From an uncultured Pseudomonadota bacterium (GTDB lineage: Bacteria > Pseudomonadota > Alphaproteobacteria > RUG11792): a stretch of 64,000 nucleotides of DNA. Positions 58,436 to 64,000 of the stretch are shown one piece after another. The position numbers and the translations under genes are program-made. Location of the stretch: positions 10,755 through 74,754 of the forward strand of contig CACZTP010000001.1 in NCBI GenBank assembly GCA_902784055.1, in the 5' to 3' direction. The notes beneath the pieces are model-generated. The model was not told the DNA's origin and made no database searches. It was given only the letters and a program-made list of their open reading frames with translations. The stretch's first letter is position 1. Each line of letters begins with the position of its first letter.

Positions 58436-58739
58436 TTTTATTTCAGAATTATGGACAGGTATAAAATGTATATTTCGACAACCTGTTACTCTAAGTAAGA
58501 CTAACATTTTAGAACTTTCTCAAAAACGATCCTTTAATCGATTGCGTGTTGACCCTAGCAAATGTATAAAGTGTAAAAATTGCATGTATATATGCCCTAA
58601 CAAATGTATTCAAATTCTAGACACATCGATACAGAATGGTGAACACTTTAGATGGGATGAAACAAAATGCGCAAATTGCAGATTATGTGAAAAATCATGC
58701 CCAAAAAAAGCAATTAGAGTGAAATTAATACAATCATGA
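58425..58739 (+). CDS. nuoI: 2x[4Fe-4S] ferredoxin-like protein, probable short NuoI
   Basis: Two CxxCxxCxxxCP motifs (CIKCKNCMYICP, CANCRLCEKSCP), spaced as in NuoI. NuoI-type N-terminal lead G.K..F..PVT. 104 aa against about 160-180. Overlaps ruvX by 11 nt. Confidence 0.6.
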   Translation: MGINFISELWTGIKCIFRQPVTLSKTNILELSQKRSFNRLRVDPSKCIKCKNCMYICPNKCIQILDTSIQNGEHFRWDETKCANCRLCEKSCPKKAIRVKLIQS

Positions 58740-59661
58740 ACAAAACTGAAACAATCTTTTTGTATTAAACTATTACCTAACCATTTCTCAACCAAATTTG
58801 AAACTGGTCGCCTTTCTTTTAAGATTTCTGCGCAATTAACTTTTGTCGATCGACTACCACTTTCGTGTACATTATACATTCCTAAATTAATAACAGTGGA
58901 TAATACCGTATCGGGATTAATAGCCATATACCATTCAGAACCATTCGCTATTACGGAAAATTGATACAAATAGCACTTCCAATCGTGAAATAGACATTGC
59001 TTTAATTTTTTTTCATCTCCGTCGAATATTTCCAATAAACGAGGGTTTATTTTTTCTTCATAGCACCAAACGTCTTCGTCTCCATCATGGACATAATCTG
59101 CATAAAACGCAAGAGTTTTTTAGACCTTGTTGAACAATGTACCAGGGGCATCGAGATAATCTGTAGAAGCATACTTAAGTATAAACTTCTCCCTCAATGT
59201 GGTATATATCATTAATGTATTCATATATCCGAACGCCTTTTTACAAGCATTTGATTTTAATCGTTCATCAATTTGTTAATGATTTATCAATAACAAGATT
59301 TTCTAGTAATTCAGAAATCCGAGAGTACAGAATAGGAAATACTTTATCTTTGCCTACATTTTTAGATGAATTAATAGCTAAAACGCACAATTTTTTTAAA
59401 TTTTCAATAGACGAAGACCATTCATTGCCGGTTGTGATAGCCTCATAAGCCCAATAGTTTTTACCATATTTATTTGGTGCAAGTTTTATAAACTTATCAA
59501 CATTATAATTTACAGTTTTGTATAGATAGATATTTATATTAACATTAAAAAAGATCGTTTTTATCTTGTAATTCTGTCGCATGCACACAGCTTCGTTCAA
59601 GAATTACGTTAGAAAACGCTGATAGACATAACAAAACTAAAAATACTCTTTTATTAAACAT
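58740..59661 (-). pseudogene. Decayed, C-terminally truncated paralog of the 665-aa secreted protein gene
   Basis: ATG 59661 gives MFNKRVFLVLLCLSAFS.. then a stop after 37 codons. Homology continues in other frames: NEWSSSIENLKKL vs DEWSSSINALKEL, and FHDWKCYLYQFSVIANG vs KNDWYCYLTQLNVISFG. At least three frame or stop disruptions. Only about the first 260 residues are represented. Confidence 0.65.
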
Positions 59662-59760
59662 ATAACACTTATCCTTCACGACAATACCTTGCAATTAAAT
59701 TATACTTCTAAATTTATACACATAAATATATGTATAAATTTATGTTCTTTTTTGTTGTCT

Positions 59761-62055
59761 TTAACTCAATTCGTTTTTAAATTTCTGATAAATTTCGTCT
59801 AAACCAAATCTCAAAAAGTCTAAACTTTTTTCAAGTTTAAGTGTTTTGCCGCCAACTGAAACATATGGACCAAAACGACCTAGACAGAGAATTATATCTT
59901 TACCAAGTTTTGGATGTTTACCTAAATTTTTGGGTAAATTAGTAAGAGTTAAAGCATCATTTATATTTAAGTCTTCAACATTTGTAATAAATTTTGGAAC
60001 CGCTAAACGTTTAGGCTTCTTCTTTGTTGGATCTTTTGTGTTTTCCCATTCAAAATAATATCCATAAGGTCCTTTTTTCAACATTACATTGTCATTACCA
60101 TTGTTTGGATCCTGTCCAAGTATGTTTTGAGCGGTATTTTCAATTCCTATTGCTGGGGCGTCAGTTCCTTCTATCGACTTCATAGCTTTACATTCAGGAT
60201 AATTTGAACAGCCTAAAAACGCTCCCATACGACTTAATTTCAAATGCATTTTGCCCTTATTGCATACGGGACATAAATTTTCACCACTAAAGTTTTTAAA
60301 AATATAATCATGTAGATTATTTTCTAATGTATCTATTACTTTCGTTACTGTTAATTCTTGAGCAGAATTTATAGACGTGTAAAATTCCTTCCAGAAATTA
60401 TTAAGAACAGTTTCCCAATCAATTTTTCCGTTAGATATATCATCAAGTTCCTCTTCAAGGTTTGCGGTAAAACTATATTCAACATATTTTGTAAAAAAAT
60501 TCTTCAAGAATGAAACGACAAGCACTCCTATATTTTCAGGCACAAATGCACGTTTTTGAATTACCGCGTATTTACGCTCTTGTATTACATTAATAATTGT
60601 TGCATATGTTGATGGACGTCCTATACCTAACTCTTCGAGTTTTTTTACAAGACTCGCTTCATTAAACTTTGCTGGTGGTTGTGTAAAATGTTGGTTTTTT
60701 GTTGCGTCCTTGAGCGTCAATATAGTTTTTTCATCAATATTTGGTAATCTTAATTCTTGCTCTTTGTCATCATCTCCATATACTTTTAGAAATCCATCAA
60801 AAGAAATAGATGAACCAGTTACTTTAAATTTATATTTTTTATCGGTTGATTGAATATTTATAGTTACTTGATCTAAAACAGCGCTTTCCATTTGTGATGC
60901 GATAGTTCTTTTCCAAATTAGTTCATATAATTTAAGTTCATCTTCGTTTAAGGCATCTTTCAGGCTTTCAGGAATACGGGAACATGATGTTGGTCTTATA
61001 GCTTCATGCGCTTCTTGTGCGTTTTTTGTCTTAGTTTTATAAATTTTTGGATTTTTTGGCAAATATTTTTTATCAAACGTTTCGCTAATGTATTTACGTG
61101 ATGCATCCAGAGCTTCATTTGATAAATTAGTACTGTCTGTTCTCATGTATGTAATTAACCCCGTCATTGTTCCCTCAATTGATATACCTTCATATAATTT
61201 TTGAGCAATTTGCATTGTCTTTTTAGCCGGAAAACCAAGTTTACGCGATGCATCCTGTTGAAGTGTAGAAGTTGTAAATGGAGCGTAAGGATTACGTTTA
61301 ACTGATTTTTTCTCAACACTATCAACTGTATACTTTTTTGTTTCAACATCAGATCTTATATTTTCGGCTTCGACTTCCGTTTTTATATCTAGTTTTTCAA
61401 GTTTCTTCCCGTTAATGCTAATTAATGTACTTAAAAAATCTCCTTTATCAGTATTAAAAAGATTATGTAAAGTCCAATATTCTTCAGGTTTAAACGCTTC
61501 TATTTCAAGCTCACGTTCAACTATAAGTCGTAACGCAACCGATTGAACCCTTCCGGCAGATTTTGCACCCGGCATTTTACGCCATAAAATAGGGGATAAT
61601 GAGAAGCCAACTAAATAATCCAACACACGGCGAGCCAAATAAGCATTTACAAGGTTTTGGTCTAATTCTCTAGGATTTGCAAACGCCTCAGATACTGCAC
61701 TTTTAGTTATTTCATGGAAAACAACTCTTTGTATCTGTTTGTTTTTTAATAATTTTTTATCATTTAAAATTTCCAGTATATGCCATGAAATTGCTTCTCC
61801 TTCCCTATCGGGGTCTGTGGCTAAATATAAATTGTCATATTTTTTTATACTTTCAGCGATTTCTTTTATCTGTTTCTTCCCTCGAGCACTTTCTTCCCAC
61901 AGCATTTTAAAATGATTGTTCGGATCTACAGATCCTCTTTTTGATACAAGATCACGGACATGTCCATAACTTGCAATAACTTTATAATCCTTACCTAAGA
62001 ACGTTGATAAAGTTTTTGCTTTAGCAGGAGACTCAACAACAACTACACCTTTCAT
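59761..62055 (-). CDS. topA: DNA topoisomerase I
   Basis: Toprim domain (VVVESPAKAKT), active-site region (YMRTDS), C-terminal Cys4 zinc ribbon (CPVC..C..C). Confidence 0.97.
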   Translation of the reverse strand: MKGVVVVESPAKAKTLSTFLGKDYKVIASYGHVRDLVSKRGSVDPNNHFKMLWEESARGKKQIKEIAESIKKYDNLYLATDPDREGEAISWHILEILNDKKLLKNKQIQRVVFHEITKSAVSEAFANPRELDQNLVNAYLARRVLDYLVGFSLSPILWRKMPGAKSAGRVQSVALRLIVERELEIEAFKPEEYWTLHNLFNTDKGDFLSTLISINGKKLEKLDIKTEVEAENIRSDVETKKYTVDSVEKKSVKRNPYAPFTTSTLQQDASRKLGFPAKKTMQIAQKLYEGISIEGTMTGLITYMRTDSTNLSNEALDASRKYISETFDKKYLPKNPKIYKTKTKNAQEAHEAIRPTSCSRIPESLKDALNEDELKLYELIWKRTIASQMESAVLDQVTINIQSTDKKYKFKVTGSSISFDGFLKVYGDDDKEQELRLPNIDEKTILTLKDATKNQHFTQPPAKFNEASLVKKLEELGIGRPSTYATIINVIQERKYAVIQKRAFVPENIGVLVVSFLKNFFTKYVEYSFTANLEEELDDISNGKIDWETVLNNFWKEFYTSINSAQELTVTKVIDTLENNLHDYIFKNFSGENLCPVCNKGKMHLKLSRMGAFLGCSNYPECKAMKSIEGTDAPAIGIENTAQNILGQDPNNGNDNVMLKKGPYGYYFEWENTKDPTKKKPKRLAVPKFITNVEDLNINDALTLTNLPKNLGKHPKLGKDIILCLGRFGPYVSVGGKTLKLEKSLDFLRFGLDEIYQKFKNELS

Positions 62056-62128
62056 TTTTCGCGTTTATTAATATCAGCATGCTTACATAATACACTGCTT
62101 TGTAATGATTAAAAGTGTCTTAAAAATT

Positions 62129-62446
62129 TTATGGGAGATTAAGATATTGCTCTATCTCTAGTTTATAAGCAACATAGTTAGGATATATCTTAACTATAAA
62201 AGGATCTAACGTATCTTTTTCGTACTGACCAGTGATAAACAATGTCTGTTTTTTTAAAAAATCTGTAATTTGAAAATATATTTGCTTATCTTTTGTCACA
62301 AAGCAATCTGTAAGCGATTTAAATCCAGTTTTATATAATTTGCTTAAAGTATCTATTATAGTCGGTGTTTCTATATACAAATATCCGTTGCGTTCTGAAA
62401 CTTTGCAAACAGATCCGACTACTTCAAGAATTTTTTCAATTATCAT
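62129..62446 (-). CDS. Hypothetical 105-aa protein; weak resemblance to the N-terminal half of NuoC
   Basis: Clean ORF. FKSLTDCFVTKD.. (cf. NuoC F..L.D..G.D) and ..IYPNYVAYKLEIEQYLNL (cf. ..P.A.WyEREvyDm.Gi). The resemblance is by eye only. Confidence 0.45.
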   Translation of the reverse strand: MIIEKILEVVGSVCKVSERNGYLYIETPTIIDTLSKLYKTGFKSLTDCFVTKDKQIYFQITDFLKKQTLFITGQYEKDTLDPFIVKIYPNYVAYKLEIEQYLNLP

Positions 62447-62558
62447 TGATCTTTTTTGCTCCGAATTTTTTAAAAATTTTACATTATTTTTTATAAGTCA
62501 AAGTTTAACAAATAAAATTAACACTATTGCATCCAGCTTAACTTTCATGATATACTAA

Positions 62559-62634
62559 GGTTGAATACGGTTGAATACGGTTGAATACGGTTGAATACGG
62601 TTGAATACGGTTGAATACGGTTGAATACGGTTAG
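62559..62634. repeat. Perfect 10-bp tandem repeat (GGTTGAATAC) x7.5 in a divergent intergenic region
   Basis: Direct read: ttgaatacgg repeated 7 times at 62561-62630, with no mismatches. Confidence 0.97.
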
Positions 62635-62694
62635 CCCTTTTAGCTGTTAAGTTATTCAACTGTATTAAATTTAATTTTAATATAAGGAGTTTTT

Positions 62695-64000
62695 ATGAAT
62701 TGTAAAATATTAAGCAGGTTGTTGTTGGCAACAACATGTTTTGTCGTTTCATCTGCAATCAATTTGCTGTCTGCAACAGAAAATAATAGTACAGAATATA
62801 AAGTGCAACCTTTATTTTGTACTGAGTTTACCCAAAATTCAGTAGTCGAGTACGCAAAATCGAGAGGAATAAATTTTGATGATGCAAAAGACACGCTTGG
62901 TTATCAAGCCAATTGTACGAATTTACCTCGCATCATAGAGGTTCTTGATACGATACCATATAAATTTAAATGCTTAGACAAAAATTGCTTGGCGACAATG
63001 TTATATGCAACGGAGATCGGATTACCGATAAACAATTTTGGAAATTGTAGTAGTGCAGATGCAAAAAAAATGCTGTATGCAATAACAAATTTAAATAGCG
63101 GGAATTGCAAAAAAGGTGACGCAACATTCAACACAGGAATGTCGTACGTAAACGGGTTTCTTGTTTACAATATGTGCTTGAATATTCTAACAACGCCAAA
63201 TTGCCTATCTATTTATCAAAATTTTTATTCTGCCAAGGAAGCACTAAAAGATTTATTATTGAGGAAAATTAGTAATGACCAAGAACTTCAACAATATGCG
63301 AACAAACTAGTTTCCCAAAAAGTAAGGACACTTCAAGGTAACTTAGAAAATAGCGAACTTGCATCGACCTATTTAACCACGCTTTTAACTTCAAATTATG
63401 ATAAACTCATTCTCCCTGGTAAAAGTTTCGATAATATATTGTTTTCAAAAATAGCGGATATTTTTAAAACTCAGCCGAACATCGAATTATCGGAGCGCGA
63501 TAAACGGTTCTCCTTTACTGATAACGGCAGATTTGGTAGAGGGGAATTTGAAAAAGAACTTCTTTCTAGCAGGTACTACATATTTTCTGACAAACATTTT
63601 CCTGATTTATTAAGCAAAGCAGGCATTGACAAGCTAGAACAAGAATGTAAAAATATACAAGAACTTCAAAGGTATATTAATTCCATTTCTGACACATGTC
63701 GAGATGCTGAACATTGGTTTGAAATTTATCGAAAAAAAATGGATATCTGGGACAGAACGCCAAAAGATATTTGTAAAATTACAGGGAAAGAAAATTTAAC
63801 AAGTGAGGAGCAACAAAAGTTTTTGCTATTAAGTGATTTATATGCTAAAAAGTACGTTAGTTACAATTTGAATTCGAGTTTATACAATGCCTTAGGTCGT
63901 ACCTCCAAAAACGATATCGAAAAACGATATTCAGATCTTGACAAAAACTTCGAGGAATTCTCCAGCCGATATGGTCTGGCTCTTTGTTTACTATTCAGGC
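62695..64000 (+). CDS. Secreted Cys-rich protein of unknown function; N-terminal 435 codons, ORF runs off the right edge
   Basis: Absent from the ORF track because it has no in-window stop. AAGGAG RBS 5 nt before ATG 62695. Signal peptide MNCKILSRLLLATTCFVVSSAINLLSA. The frame is open to 64000. Confidence 0.65.
   Translation, partial: MNCKILSRLLLATTCFVVSSAINLLSATENNSTEYKVQPLFCTEFTQNSVVEYAKSRGINFDDAKDTLGYQANCTNLPRIIEVLDTIPYKFKCLDKNCLATMLYATEIGLPINNFGNCSSADAKKMLYAITNLNSGNCKKGDATFNTGMSYVNGFLVYNMCLNILTTPNCLSIYQNFYSAKEALKDLLLRKISNDQELQQYANKLVSQKVRTLQGNLENSELASTYLTTLLTSNYDKLILPGKSFDNILFSKIADIFKTQPNIELSERDKRFSFTDNGRFGRGEFEKELLSSRYYIFSDKHFPDLLSKAGIDKLEQECKNIQELQRYINSISDTCRDAEHWFEIYRKKMDIWDRTPKDICKITGKENLTSEEQQKFLLLSDLYAKKYVSYNLNSSLYNALGRTSKNDIEKRYSDLDKNFEEFSSRYGLALCLLFR

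Noticed and set aside
59710-59741. 11-bp inverted repeat aaatttataca..tgtataaattt downstream of topA
   Set aside because: The stem is AT-only and has no following T-run on the relevant strand. It is a weak terminator or operator candidate and not distinguishable from chance in AT-rich DNA.
62559-62634. Possible CRISPR array
   Set aside because: The units are 10 bp and directly abutting with no spacers. This is a simple tandem repeat.

Overview
By-eye analysis only; no searches or computations were run. The window is gene-dense, strongly AT-rich chromosomal DNA. It looks like a reduced, probably obligately host-associated alphaproteobacterium. Lineage markers are mipZ, a PopZ/DUF2497 protein, a 17-kDa glycine-zipper antigen, a BP26/SIMPL protein and the gidB-parA-parB arrangement. 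Most genes are housekeeping: dnaJ, pal, rodA, murC, murJ, spoT, rplY, pth, lepB, rnc, two class-A PBPs, thrS, gatC, miaA, metG, ftsK, pheS, dnaX, dksA, era, ruvX and topA. Many are translationally coupled through ATGA, TAATG or GTG overlaps. I recognised no rRNA, tRNA, CRISPR array, transposase or prophage. The accessory content is a set of signal-peptide proteins of unknown function. It includes an intact 665-aa protein plus a decayed paralog, a 796-aa protein carrying FPPPPPPP, two outer-membrane proteins built alike, and a lipoprotein with Cys-rich repeats. Main leads: (1) a G10 tract forms the exact 17-bp spacer of a TTGACA/TATAGT promoter in front of the 665-aa secreted-protein gene, a candidate phase switch. 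(2) A 10-bp unit repeated 7 times sits in the divergent promoter region of another secreted-protein gene. (3) parB is reduced in frame to 106 codons, keeping the N-terminal ParA-interaction peptide and the C-terminal dimerisation domain but no CTPase or HTH region, while parA, mipZ and popZ are intact. (4) Complex-I genes are dispersed and shortened: nuoK-L-M, orphan nuoH, and candidate truncated nuoJ, nuoI and nuoC. (5) An orphan NrdG-type radical-SAM activase lies inside a housekeeping operon. Two edge ORFs are missing from the supplied track because they have no stop inside the window; I added them.
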